Positions 26,878 to 36,600 of a DNA stretch of 64,000 nucleotides are shown piece by piece. The notes beneath the pieces were generated by a model. It did not search any database and had not been told where the DNA came from. It saw only the letters and a program-made list of their open reading frames with translations. The DNA is from Candidatus Eiseniibacteriota bacterium (GTDB lineage: Bacteria > Eisenbacteria > RBG-16-71-46 > JABDJR01). Location: the NCBI GenBank assembly GCA_963762255.1, contig CAVXKA010000002.1, positions 912,628 to 976,627 on the forward strand, read 5' to 3'. Position 1 is the stretch's first letter. The number at the start of each line of letters is the position of its first letter. Made by a program: the position numbers and the translations under genes.

Positions 26878-27772
26878 CACCCCGGGCGACCGCGTCGGGC
26901 TCCGCGTAGGCGCCGGCGCGCCGAAGCGCCTCGGTGGCGCGCGCGCCGGGAAAGCTCACGAGGATCGCCAGCGCCGCTCCGGCCAGCGCGTCGATCGCGT
27001 AGTGATATCCCCCGTAGACCGCTCCTACCGCCAGCGCGGGGACGATGAGCGCGAAGACTCGCGCGAGCCGCACGTGATAGCGCATCGCCATGATCCATGC
27101 CGTCACCGCCACCGCCACGTGGCTGGAGGGAAAGGCGGCGCCCACCGCGGAGCCTCGATCCAACACGGATCGCACGAGCCCCGGCAACAGGTAGCCCACC
27201 GTGGCGGGATCGCTGCGTGGAAAGGCGTGGTAGGGGCCCACGACCGGATAAAGCACGAAGATCGCGAAGCAGGAGTAAGTAGAGAGCGCGACCGTTCCGA
27301 TCGCGATTTCGAACTCGCGGCGCGGGCGTCGCAGCCACAAAACCGCGGCCAGCGTTGGCGTGAGGAAGTAGTACGCGAAGTAGCCCAGGTGCAGGTACTC
27401 GCCGAGCAGCCGCCATGGCCAGAGCAGGTGAAGCTCGCGCGCGGGCTGAAACCCGAAGACGATCTGCTCCAGGTCCTGGATCGCCGCATCGTGGAAGACC
27501 CCGGCGTGCACCGCCTTCACGAGCAGGCCCACTTCGGAATAGAAGAGCGCGAACGCCACGATCGGATAGAAGCCGAGAACGACCGCGCCCACTTTCCATC
27601 GGTGGACACGATACGCGCGCGCGAGCACGATGGCGGCGATCGCGGCGACGTGAAGCACGATGAGCAACGCGGCGTTCGGCGGCCGGTGCGGCGCGAGAAG
27701 GAGCATCACGAGCCCGAAGACGAGGTAGGCCAGGGTGTACAGATCCGCCGGCCGCAGACGCCTCACAAGCAT
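26858..27772 (-). CDS. PAP2-superfamily membrane phosphatase-like protein
   Basis: 304 aa from MLVRRLRP.... Multi-TM. PAP2 motifs (PSSHV; YGGYHYAIDALAG). The start overlaps the upstream gene stop by about 10 nt. Confidence 0.6.
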   Translation of the reverse strand: MLVRRLRPADLYTLAYLVFGLVMLLLAPHRPPNAALLIVLHVAAIAAIVLARAYRVHRWKVGAVVLGFYPIVAFALFYSEVGLLVKAVHAGVFHDAAIQDLEQIVFGFQPARELHLLWPWRLLGEYLHLGYFAYYFLTPTLAAVLWLRRPRREFEIAIGTVALSTYSCFAIFVLYPVVGPYHAFPRSDPATVGYLLPGLVRSVLDRGSAVGAAFPSSHVAVAVTAWIMAMRYHVRLARVFALIVPALAVGAVYGGYHYAIDALAGAALAILVSFPGARATEALRRAGAYAEPDAVARGATSPDR

Positions 27773-28740
27773 CCCTCCCGACGGTACCAATCGACGGTCT
27801 CCGCAAAGCCCGTCACCGCATCGATGCGCGCACGAAAACCGAAGTCGGTCTCGGCGCGCGCCCCACTGCAGACCCAGCCCGGAGCGAGCAGATCCGCAAG
27901 CCGATCCGGAGGAAGCCCATTGGGACGCCCGCTCATCGCCGCTGCGATGCCGGCGATCCGGCCCACCGCGGGGATCCCCCGCCGCGGGATCCGCAGACGC
28001 CTCACGCGACGGCCGAGCCGAGCCGCGATCAGCCGACCGAGCGATTCCCAATCGGTGATCTCCGGGTGTGCGACGTAGTACGTGCGGCCGATCGTGCGGT
28101 CGGACTCCGATGCCGCGACGATCGCCTCGGCCAAGTCGCGCGCATGGATGAGGCTCACGTGCTGCGCGACACGTCCTATCGCGGGCACCCATCCCCGCGC
28201 CGCGAGCCGCGCGAGCAGCAGAAACGAAACGTCGCGCGGGCCGTAGACCGCGGGCGGACGGAGGATCGTCCAGGCCGTACTTCCCGCCTCCGACTTGAGC
28301 AGGGTCTCTCCACGGAGCTTGCTACGGCCGTAGGAATTGCATGGCGTGTCGGGATCATCCTCGGTGCGTGCTCGCCCGGCGACGCTGGGACCGCCGGCGG
28401 CGAGGCTGCTCACCAACACCAAACGGCGCGCGCCTTCCGCGGCTGCGGCGCGAGCCACATGTGCGCACCCGCCGGCATTGACGCGGTCGTATTCCTCTGG
28501 ATCGGTGGCACGAGTGATCCCCGCGACGTGGTAGATCACCTCGATCCCGCGCGCGGCCTCGGCGAGCGCTTGCGGCTCGGTAACCTCGCCGTAGACCAAC
28601 TCCACGCGATCCACCGGGAGCCACGCCAGCTTGCTGGTGCGCCGCACCAGACACCTAACGCGATGCCCGCGAGCAAGCAGCGCGTCGGCAAGATGACTCC
28701 CCACGAACCCGCTCGCTCCGGTGACCAGCGCCAGGGTCAA
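27763..28740 (-). CDS. NAD(P)-dependent epimerase/dehydratase-family protein (candidate ceramide/3-ketosphinganine reductase-like)
   Basis: 325 aa from a TTG start (LTLALVTGASGFVGSHLADALLARGHRV...). Rossmann GxxGxxG and a YxxxK-type SDR-extended layout. The TTG overlaps the upstream stop (TTGA). Confidence 0.65.
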   Translation of the reverse strand: MTLALVTGASGFVGSHLADALLARGHRVRCLVRRTSKLAWLPVDRVELVYGEVTEPQALAEAARGIEVIYHVAGITRATDPEEYDRVNAGGCAHVARAAAAEGARRLVLVSSLAAGGPSVAGRARTEDDPDTPCNSYGRSKLRGETLLKSEAGSTAWTILRPPAVYGPRDVSFLLLARLAARGWVPAIGRVAQHVSLIHARDLAEAIVAASESDRTIGRTYYVAHPEITDWESLGRLIAARLGRRVRRLRIPRRGIPAVGRIAGIAAAMSGRPNGLPPDRLADLLAPGWVCSGARAETDFGFRARIDAVTGFAETVDWYRREGCL

Positions 28741-29870
28741 GGGGCCGTCGCTCCCTCGGAGCGGCCCTCGTAGATACGGTAGGTCTTGTAGGGCCTCCCC
28801 CCGAAGTTCTCGAGCGGCTTGCGTATGGCGAGGTTGTCCTCGAGCAGCCAGGAGAACTCGCCCCAGGTGTAGCCCTTCTTCACGCCGTGGCGGAAGTAGT
28901 CGCGGTACATGATCACGTCGATGCCGGTGTGCCGATACTCCTGGAGAAGTCCCAGCACCAGCACCCGCGCGCGGTTGATATGGCGCGCGTGCCAGAGGAT
29001 CTTGAGCAGCCCGAACGGAAAGAGGTGCCCGTTGGCGTGCTTGACCGCCTGGTTGAGATCGGGGAGCCCGAGCGCGAAGCCCACCGCCTTCCCCTCGAGT
29101 TCGGCGATGAGGATGAGCCCGGGGTCGATGACCGGCTTCAACTGCTTGGCCATGTGATCGATCTCGGCGTCGGTCATGGGCACGAAACCCCAGTTCTTCT
29201 CCCACGCCGAGTTGTACACGATCCGGAACTTCTCCACGTCCTCCTGGAACCGCTTCTTGTCCAGGCGACGAACGACAACCCCCGGATTGCGCTCCTGGGC
29301 GATCGCACCTCCCCGCTCCAGCCTCTCCGGGACTCCCACGTTCGGCATGCAATAGGCGAAGAGATCCTTGGCCTTCACGAGCCCGCAGGCTTCCACCAGC
29401 CGCCCGTAGTACGGCAGCGCGTGCGTCATCATGACCGCGGGGGGCGTGTCGAAGCCCTCCACCAGGAGCCCGCACTCCTCGTTCGTGCTCGGGTTCATGG
29501 GACCGATGAACCGCGGCAGCCCCTGTTCGCGGTGGTAGGCGCGCACCGCATCGAAGAGCGCCCGCGCGGCCTCGGTGTCGTCCTCGCACTCGAAGAACCC
29601 GAAGAATCCCATCGCCTCGTCGTGGAACGACTCGTGGTTGCGGTTGCGGATCGCCGCAATGCGCCCGACGACTCGCCCGTCGCGCAGCGCCAGCATCGGA
29701 CGGATGTCGCCGTGCTCGAAGAAGGGGTTCTTGGCCGGGTTGAAGAGCGCCTTCACGTCGCCGATCAGAGGCGGGATCCAGTGCGGATCGTCGCGATAGA
29801 GGCGCCAGGGAAGCGTCACGAAGACGTGCAGTTCGCGGCCCGAGCGGACCGGTTCCACCGTGATCGACAT
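28737..29870 (-). CDS. GNAT-like N-acyltransferase of unknown specificity (candidate bacterial ceramide synthase-like)
   Basis: 377 aa, MSITVEPVRSGRELHVFVTLPWRLYRDDPHWIPPL.... Reads as an acyl-CoA N-acyltransferase fold with FemAB/GNAT-like duplication. No closer assignment is possible by eye. Confidence 0.5.
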   Translation of the reverse strand: MSITVEPVRSGRELHVFVTLPWRLYRDDPHWIPPLIGDVKALFNPAKNPFFEHGDIRPMLALRDGRVVGRIAAIRNRNHESFHDEAMGFFGFFECEDDTEAARALFDAVRAYHREQGLPRFIGPMNPSTNEECGLLVEGFDTPPAVMMTHALPYYGRLVEACGLVKAKDLFAYCMPNVGVPERLERGGAIAQERNPGVVVRRLDKKRFQEDVEKFRIVYNSAWEKNWGFVPMTDAEIDHMAKQLKPVIDPGLILIAELEGKAVGFALGLPDLNQAVKHANGHLFPFGLLKILWHARHINRARVLVLGLLQEYRHTGIDVIMYRDYFRHGVKKGYTWGEFSWLLEDNLAIRKPLENFGGRPYKTYRIYEGRSEGATAP

Positions 29871-29899
29871 GGGCTAAGCCCCCCGAAGTTCCTACGCGG

Positions 29900-31147
29900 T
29901 CAAGAGATGATGCCGAGCTCGCGCCCGACCTTGCGGAAGACCTCGAGCATCCGGTCGATGTTCTCTTCGGTGTGGGTGGCCATGTACGAGGTCCGGATCC
30001 GGCACGAAGTCTCGGGTACCGCCGGCGGCACCACCGGGTTCGTGAAGACGCCCTCCTCGAACAGGCGCTTCCAGAACACGAACGTGTGCTCGAGGGTACC
30101 GATGATGACCGGGACGATGGGTGTCTCCGACGTCGTGGTGTCGTAGCCCATGCGCTGGAATTCCCGGCGCATGCGGTCCGAGATCTCGTTCACGCGCTGC
30201 CGCCGCCAGGGCTCTTCCTTGATCAGGTCGAGGCACTTCTGCACCGTCGCCACCGCATAGGGAGGCATGCTGGCGCTGAAGATGAGGGCGCGCGCGTGAT
30301 GACGCATGTAGTGGATGACCGATTCCTCGGCGGCCACGTAGCCGCCGATGGACGCGAAGGACTTGGAGAACGTACCGGCGATCAAGTCCACATCGCCCAC
30401 GACCCCCTTCACTTCGCTGGCGCCGATCCCCTTCTTCCCCAGAATCCCCACGGAATGTGCCTCGTCCACCATGAGCCGCGCGCCGTGGGCGCGGCATGCC
30501 TTGACGATCTCCGGAAGCGGCGCGATGTCCCCCTCCATCGAGAACACGCCGTCCACGACCACCAGCCGCCCGCGCTTGGAATCGATGCGCCCCAGGATCC
30601 GCTCGAGGTCGCCGATTTCGTTGTGCCGGAAGCGGCGGGTCTCGCCGTAGGAGAGCCGGCAGCCGTCCACGATGCTGGCGTGGTCGAACTTGTCCATGAT
30701 GACCACGTCGTCGCGGCCCACCATGCTGGAGATCGTGCCGAGGTTCGTCTGGAAACCGGTGGAGAAGATGAGGCAGGATTCCTTCTCGCAGAACTCCGCG
30801 AGGTCGTGCTCCAGCTTCTCGTGAATGTCGAGGGTGCCGTTCAGGAACCGGCTCCCGGTGCAGCCGGTGCCGTACTTGCGCGCCGCGGCCTCGGCCGCTT
30901 CCATCACCCGCGGGTCGTGCGTGTAGCCCAGGTAGTTGTTGGAGCCCGCCATGATCAGCGACCGGCCGTCGATGATGACTTCGTTCGCCGACGAATCGGC
31001 GATCGGGATGAAGTAGGGATAGTAGCCCGACGCCTGCGCCTCGCGGGCGCGCGTGAAGGTGTAGGCCTTCTTGAAGATGTCGGCGATTTCCTGAGCCTCG
31101 TGGGCCGGAGTCGCCATCGGATTCGGATCCATCCTGCCTCCGCACAT
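29900..31147 (-). CDS. PLP-dependent alpha-oxoamine synthase (serine palmitoyltransferase / 8-amino-7-oxononanoate synthase family)
   Basis: 415 aa. ...NNYLGYTHDPRV...CTGSRFLNGT...IFSTGFQTNLG...VVDGVFSMEGD...DEAHSVGILGKKG...GTFSKSFASIGGY..., PLP-Lys in the TFSKS motif. AONS/Spt family. Confidence 0.8.
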   Translation of the reverse strand: MCGGRMDPNPMATPAHEAQEIADIFKKAYTFTRAREAQASGYYPYFIPIADSSANEVIIDGRSLIMAGSNNYLGYTHDPRVMEAAEAAARKYGTGCTGSRFLNGTLDIHEKLEHDLAEFCEKESCLIFSTGFQTNLGTISSMVGRDDVVIMDKFDHASIVDGCRLSYGETRRFRHNEIGDLERILGRIDSKRGRLVVVDGVFSMEGDIAPLPEIVKACRAHGARLMVDEAHSVGILGKKGIGASEVKGVVGDVDLIAGTFSKSFASIGGYVAAEESVIHYMRHHARALIFSASMPPYAVATVQKCLDLIKEEPWRRQRVNEISDRMRREFQRMGYDTTTSETPIVPVIIGTLEHTFVFWKRLFEEGVFTNPVVPPAVPETSCRIRTSYMATHTEENIDRMLEVFRKVGRELGIIS

Positions 31148-31380
31148 GGTGATTCACACGGTGTCTCCCACGAGCTGGGGGCGGTCGGGAGACGGGCCGG
31201 GAACGCAATAGCCTAACCGGAAGGCGTAGTCATTCCAAGGGCTTTCCCGTTTCGCGCGCGCGGTCGGGGGCGCGGTGCCTCGGTGCGTGCCGCGGATAAC
31301 GGATGCGGCGCCTCGGCACGCGCCATGAAGAAAGCGGTACGGTTGGCCGTGTCCCGTGGATCGGGTAGAATCGCCCGCTT

Positions 31381-33489
31381 ATGACCCCCACAAGCAATCG
31401 CACTCCGTCGTCATCGCTCGATCGGGACCAGCTCGTCGCGATCTACCGCAACATGGTCCTCTCGCGTCGCATGGACGACGCGGAGATCAAGCTCAAGCGT
31501 CGCAACCAGTACTTCTTCCAGATCAGCGGCGCGGGGCACGAAGCGGTCCTGACCGTGGCGGGGATGCTCCTCCACTCCGGCCACGACTGGTTCTTCCCCT
31601 ACTATCGCGACCGCGCGCTGTGCTTGCAGCTCGGAGTGACCCCGCGCGAGATGCTGTTGCAGGGGGTGGCCGCCGAGGACGACCCGGCGAGCGCCGGGCG
31701 CCAGATGCCGAGCCACTGGGGTCACGCGAAGCACAATATCGTCTCTCAATCGAGCCCGACCGGCACCCAGTGTCTGCATGCGGTGGGTTGCGCCGAGGCG
31801 GGGATGCATTTCGAGCGCCATCCGGATCTGCCCGGCAAGCCGCGCTTCGAAAGCGACGAGGTCGCCTACACCTCGGTCGGCGACGGCACCACGAGCGAGG
31901 GCGAGTTCTGGGAGGCGCTCTCCGCCGCCACCGTGAACAAGCTTCCGGTGCTGTTCATGGTCGAAGACAACGGCTACGCGATCAGCGTGCCGACCAGCGT
32001 GCAGACCCCGGGTGGGAAGATCAGCAAGGCGGTGGAGGGGTTCACCGGGCTCCTCGTGGAGGAGTTCGACGGCACCGACGCGGTCGCTTCCTATGAGGCC
32101 CTCGCGCGGCTCGTCCAGTATTGCCGCGAGCGCAAGGGACCGGCGCTGGCGCACGCACATGTGGTGCGCCCCTATAGCCACTCCATGTCGGACGATCATC
32201 GCGCGTACCGCACCGAGGCCGAGTTGGCCGACGAGGCAAAGCGCGATCCGGTCGACAAGCTGCGGAAGCGGCTGCTGGAGGAAGGTGTCTTGACGGACGC
32301 CAGGCTGGACGCTCTCCACGCCGAGGTGGACGAAGAGATCGAGGCGGCGGTGGCGGCGGCGCTGGAATCGTCCATGCCTCCGCTCGAGAGCGCGGGACTC
32401 TACGTCTACTCCCCCGACGTCGATCCCACCTCGGGGGCGTTCGCCACGGAACCGGCGCCAGGAGGCGCCGACGCGTCCGTGGTGGAACTCATCAACGCCT
32501 GCCTCGTCGACGAGATGGAGCGCGATCCTCGCATCGTGGTCTTCGGCGAGGACGTGGCCGACGCCACCAAGGAGGAAGCGCTCCGCGAGACCAAGGGGAA
32601 GGGCGGGGTGTTCAAGGTCACGAGCGGACTGCAGCGCCGCTTCGGCAGCGATCGCGTGTCGAACTCACCCCTGGCCGAGGCCAACATCGTGGGACGGGCG
32701 GTCGGCATGGCCTTGCGGGGACTCAAGCCTGTCGTGGAGATCCAGTTCTTCGACTACATCTGGCCCGCGTACCACCAGATCCGCAACGAGCTCGCGATGA
32801 TGCGCTGGCGGAGCGGCAATCACTGGAAGTGCCCGCTCGTCATCCGGGTGCCGATCGGCGGCTACCTCGGCGGCGGCGCGGTCTATCACAGCCAGTGCGG
32901 CGAGGTGCTCTTCACCCACAACCCGGGATTGCGCGTGGTCATGCCCTCCAACGCGCTCGACGCGAACGGGCTCCTGCGCACCGCGATCCGCTGTGACGAT
33001 CCGGTGATCTTCCTCGAGCACAAGCACCTCTACCGCCAGCCGTACGCCAAGGGACCGCGCCCGGGCCCGGACTACATGATCCCCTTCGGCAAGGCGCGCA
33101 TCGCGCGCGAGGGGAAGGACGCCACGCTCGTGACCTACGGCGCCACCGTGCGCCGCGCGGAAATGGCGGCCAAGGATCTCGAGAAGGACGGGGCCTCGAT
33201 CGAGGTCATCGACCTCCGCTCGCTCTCGCCGTGGGATCAGGATGCGGTGGCGCAGAGCGTGCGCAAGACCGGTCGCGCGCTGGTGGTCTACGAGGATAAC
33301 CGCTCGTGGGGTTACGGCGCCGAGATCGCGGCGTGGATCGCCGACGAGCTCTTCGAGCACCTCGACGCGCCGGTGCGCCGTTTCGCGGGGATGGACAACC
33401 CGGTCGCCTACGCACCCAACCTCGAAGACGTCATCCTGCCGCAGACGGAGACGATCGCGCGCGCGATGCGGGAGCTGCTCGCGTACTGA
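31381..33489 (+). CDS. 2-oxo-acid dehydrogenase E1 component, fused alpha-beta (TPP-dependent; pyruvate/branched-chain type)
   Basis: 702 aa. N-terminal E1-alpha ([34 protein letters not shown]...) and C-terminal E1-beta (transketolase-like, ...VFGEDVAD...GGVFKVT...). No E2/E3 genes are adjacent. Confidence 0.75.
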   Translation: MTPTSNRTPSSSLDRDQLVAIYRNMVLSRRMDDAEIKLKRRNQYFFQISGAGHEAVLTVAGMLLHSGHDWFFPYYRDRALCLQLGVTPREMLLQGVAAEDDPASAGRQMPSHWGHAKHNIVSQSSPTGTQCLHAVGCAEAGMHFERHPDLPGKPRFESDEVAYTSVGDGTTSEGEFWEALSAATVNKLPVLFMVEDNGYAISVPTSVQTPGGKISKAVEGFTGLLVEEFDGTDAVASYEALARLVQYCRERKGPALAHAHVVRPYSHSMSDDHRAYRTEAELADEAKRDPVDKLRKRLLEEGVLTDARLDALHAEVDEEIEAAVAAALESSMPPLESAGLYVYSPDVDPTSGAFATEPAPGGADASVVELINACLVDEMERDPRIVVFGEDVADATKEEALRETKGKGGVFKVTSGLQRRFGSDRVSNSPLAEANIVGRAVGMALRGLKPVVEIQFFDYIWPAYHQIRNELAMMRWRSGNHWKCPLVIRVPIGGYLGGGAVYHSQCGEVLFTHNPGLRVVMPSNALDANGLLRTAIRCDDPVIFLEHKHLYRQPYAKGPRPGPDYMIPFGKARIAREGKDATLVTYGATVRRAEMAAKDLEKDGASIEVIDLRSLSPWDQDAVAQSVRKTGRALVVYEDNRSWGYGAEIAAWIADELFEHLDAPVRRFAGMDNPVAYAPNLEDVILPQTETIARAMRELLAY

Positions 33490-33552
33490 CGTGCCGGCGG
33501 CTGACGCGTTGCCGGCTGATGCATCCTCCCGGCGACGGCGGAGTGAGCCGTT

Positions 33553-34579
33553 CTAGTCGATGAGGAGGAGCCGGAACAGGTAGTAGCTCCCGGCCCCGAT
33601 CAGAGCGGCCGCGGGGATGGTCAAGAGCCAGGCCCAGATGATGCGGCCCGCGACGCCCCACTTGACCGCGGACGCGTTGGTGGTCGCGCCGACTCCCACG
33701 ATTGCTCCCGTAATGGTATGCGTCGTCGACACGGGAATACCGGCATGGGTCGCCATCCACAGGGTGAACGCCCCCGAGGTCTCGGCGGCGAATCCACCCA
33801 CCGGCTTCAGCTTCGTGATCTTCATCCCCATCGTCTTGACGATGCGCCAGCCGCCGAAGGCCGTGCCGATGGCCATCGCGAGGTGGCAGGAGAGGATGAT
33901 CCAGAGCGTGTGCGGGTCGGTGAGTGAGAGTTGGACGTCGGGGCTCATGTAGACCCGCCGCGACAAGCAGCGCCACGATCACGCCCATCGTCTTCTGGGC
34001 GTCGTTGCCCCCGTGGCCCAGCGAGTAGAGCGCCGCCGACAAGAGCTGCCCGCGCCGGAAGACGCGGTCGACGGTGGCCGGACGCCACTTCCGAAAGATC
34101 CAGAAGACGGCATGCATCACGATGAAGCCGAGAACCATGCCGATCACCGGCGCGAGCGGGATGTACTCGACCACCTTCATGACCTTGTCCCAGCGGAGAA
34201 TGTCCCAACCCGCGTAAGCGATGCCGGCCCCGCCGATGCCTCCGATGAGCGCGTGCGAGGAGCTGGTGGGAAGCGCCCACCACCAGGTCAGCAGATCCCA
34301 CACGATCGCGCCGATCAGCCCGGCCAGGACCACGTAGACGAACGTTGGTTCATCCGGAGTGATCTTCACGATCTTCGAAATCGTGTCGGCCACTTTGGGG
34401 GCAAAGATGAACATGGCCACGAAGTTGAAGAAAGCAGCCCACAGCACCGCCATGCCGGGGCGCAGGACTCGCGTCGAGACCACCGTGGCGATGGAGTTGG
34501 CCGAGTCATGGAAGCCATTGATGACGTCGAACAGGAGCGCGAGGATGATCGTGAAGACGACGACGACGGTGATCGACAT
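33553..34579 (-). pseudogene. pit: Inorganic phosphate transporter PiT family, interrupted by a -1 frameshift at about 33945-33952 (pseudogene or assembly error)
   Basis: The N-terminal half (MSITVVVVFTIILALLFDVINGFHDSANSIATVVSTRVL...GNDAQKTMGVIVALLVAAGL) is in the ORF 33431..34777 frame. The C-terminal half (...WIILSCHLAMAIGTAFGGWRIVKTMG...GIPVSTTHTITGAIVGVG...) is in the ORF 33553..33966 frame. The junction lies next to a GGGG run. Confidence 0.7.
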
Positions 34580-34581
34580 GG

Positions 34582-35208
34582 TCAATCGTGCTCGAGGACC
34601 ACGCCTTCGATGATGTTGGCCACGTCCTCGCAGCGGTCGGTGGCCTTCTCCAGGATCTCGTAGATCTCCTTCCACTTGATCACCATGATCGGATCCTTCT
34701 CGGTCAGGAACAGATTGGCGATGGCCTCCCGGAGAACGGCGTCGGCGTCGTTCTCCAGCCGGTTCACCTCGATGCACTTCTGGCGGATGACGTCGGCGTG
34801 GCGAAGGTCGCGCAGCCCGTTCACCGCGTGCTGAACCTCGACTGCGGATTGGGCGAGGATGCCGGCCAGGGACTTGATCTCCGGCGTCATCTCGGTGAGC
34901 CGATACAGGTGCAGCCGTCCGGCCACACCGTCCACCGAGTCCATCACGTCGTCCATCTTGCTGATGAGGCGATGGATGTCGTTGCGATCGAGCGGGGTGA
35001 TGAACGTCTTGTGCAGGGCTTCCATGCAGCGGTGCGTGATGACGTCCGCCTCGTGCTCGATCTCCTTGATGCGCCTCGCCCGGAGGCTCACGTTACCCCC
35101 GGAGGTGACGAGCTCGACAAGTTCCGTCGTCCCGGACACGGTGAGCGCGATGTGCTGATCGAAAAATCCGAAGAAGCTCACCTCGCGGGGCAAGAGACGC
35201 GGGAACAT
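34582..35208 (-). CDS. DUF47/PhoU-like phosphate transport regulator (Pit accessory protein)
   Basis: 208 aa from MFPRLLPREVSFFGFFDQHIALTVSGTTELVEL.... It is 2 nt upstream of pit. This is the typical TIGR00153-type pairing with PiT. Confidence 0.65.
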   Translation of the reverse strand: MFPRLLPREVSFFGFFDQHIALTVSGTTELVELVTSGGNVSLRARRIKEIEHEADVITHRCMEALHKTFITPLDRNDIHRLISKMDDVMDSVDGVAGRLHLYRLTEMTPEIKSLAGILAQSAVEVQHAVNGLRDLRHADVIRQKCIEVNRLENDADAVLREAIANLFLTEKDPIMVIKWKEIYEILEKATDRCEDVANIIEGVVLEHD

Positions 35209-35411
35209 GCGGATCCTCCCTTCGTGGAGGGGCACTCCGTGGAGAGCCGCCTCGACACCCATCCGGCCTCACTCGCGGACGGGCAGTCTACAACAAGTGC
35301 CACCGTCCTGCCCTCCCCCTGCAAGAGCGAGCGTGCTGGCGCGAGCCCAGACTCTATCTTCTTATATCTACAAGGGTTGCGGGTGCGATTGGGGGCACGC
35401 GTTCGCGACTG

Positions 35412-36017
35412 TCAGGGCCGCGTCTCGACGGGTTCCGCGTCCGAGGCGATGTCGGGTGAGATGAGCATGCGTTCCAGGCGACGCGCCCACCGATGCGCCT
35501 CCCACGCTCCGCCGTCGACTTCGCTTGCGACGACGACCAGGCCGTGGCAGAGCGCGGCGATGATGCGATTACGCCACCAGCGGCGGTCGAGCGATTCGGC
35601 CGACTCGTTGGGGAAAGGGCTTAGCAGGAGTCCGCCGCTCTCGACGATCCTGCGGGCCAGCTTCCCCTGTGTGGAAGCCAGAAGGGCGTTGATGCCGGAT
35701 CCCGGCACCACGATGGCCTTGAGCCCGGCCTTCATCGCCGCTTCGTGGGCGGCGGCGTCCACGCCCGGCGAGATCCCGCTCACGATCACCATCGCGAACT
35801 CGGAGGCCACCTCGACGATACGCGCGGTATCGCGCTCGATCTCCGGGGTCGGTGTGCGCGTCCCGACCACCGCCAGCGCGGGGCCCTCGCCGAGGAGCTT
35901 GAGATCTCCCAGGCTGCGCATCACGCGCGGACGGCCGGGCAGCTCCAGCACGCGCTGCGGATACTCAGGCAGGTTGGGCCTGAGTTCGCGAATCTCGAGC
36001 TTGTCGGTCTTGGTCAT
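35412..36017 (-). CDS. DprA/Smf-family Rossmann-fold protein (short form)
   Basis: 201 aa. ...ALAVVGTRTPTPEIERDTARIVEVASEFAMVIVSGISPGVDAAAHEAAMKAGLKAIVVPGSGIN...RRWWRNRIIAALCHGLVVVASEVDGG... matches the DprA Rossmann domain consensus. It has no C-terminal DML1 or winged-helix extension. Confidence 0.55.
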   Translation of the reverse strand: MTKTDKLEIRELRPNLPEYPQRVLELPGRPRVMRSLGDLKLLGEGPALAVVGTRTPTPEIERDTARIVEVASEFAMVIVSGISPGVDAAAHEAAMKAGLKAIVVPGSGINALLASTQGKLARRIVESGGLLLSPFPNESAESLDRRWWRNRIIAALCHGLVVVASEVDGGAWEAHRWARRLERMLISPDIASDAEPVETRP

Positions 36018-36150
36018 CGCTTCCCCGCTTCGCGGTACGCGCCCCGCAGGCGCCCGCGTTCGCCGTGATGATCGCAGCTTCGGGGCGCGATGGCTAGGGG
36101 AGGCAGATCATGCGCCGATCCGCGCGCGACGGCTCTGCTATCCTCTCCGC

Positions 36151-36372
36151 ATGGCAATGACATGCAACATCGATGCCCGCGGTCGCCTTCTGCGAGCGCT
36201 TATCGGACTCGTATTCATCGTGGCGGCACTCGTCCTCGTGTTCGCACTGCCGCCCACCGGCTGGCGTCGCGCGCTGGTCGTGGTTCTCACGCTGGGCGGC
36301 ATCTTCTGCCTGTTCGAAGCGCGGGCCGGCTGGTGCGCGGTGCGGGCGATGGGGATCAAGACGCGGATCTAG
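36151..36372 (+). CDS. DUF2892 (YgaP-like) small inner-membrane protein
   Basis: 73 aa. MAMTCNIDARGRLLRALIGLVFIVAALVLVFALPPTGWRRALVVVLTLGGIFCLFEARAGWCAVRAMGIKTRI has two TM helices and the conserved GWC motif. Confidence 0.6.
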   Translation: MAMTCNIDARGRLLRALIGLVFIVAALVLVFALPPTGWRRALVVVLTLGGIFCLFEARAGWCAVRAMGIKTRI

Positions 36373-36404
36373 CGGACGGGCGGGCGCGGCTCTCCGCGTG
36401 TCGC

Positions 36405-36470
36405 GGGTCGTCCTCGCCGAAGGGGCCCCCGCTTCGCGGCCCTTCGGACTGCGGCCGACCCGCGAACCCG
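36405..36470. repeat. Roughly 64-nt hairpin-containing repeat, copy 2 (inverted relative to 24236..24299), followed by palindrome TCACCCGGGTGA at 36527-36538
   Basis: See copy 1. It is in the convergent intergenic region between the DUF2892 gene and dapD. Internal stem CCGAAGGGGCC/GGCCCTTCGG. Confidence 0.6.
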
Positions 36471-36600
36471 CTACGCGCCGCGCCCACACCGCACGATCAC
36501 TCCATATCACGATTCGTGCGGAGTGCTCACCCGGGTGATCATCCTGCGTCGCATGAGTCCAGCCGGATGGACTGGTGGGTACGCGGGCGCGGCGCGGCCG

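Noticed and set aside
24236-36470. The inverted repeats as termini of a 12-kb transposon or genomic island.
   Set aside because: There is no transposase, integrase or target-site duplication. The enclosed genes are housekeeping-like. Both repeats sit in convergent intergenic gaps and fold as hairpins, which favours REP/terminator-like elements. This is kept as a finding, not as a mobile element call.
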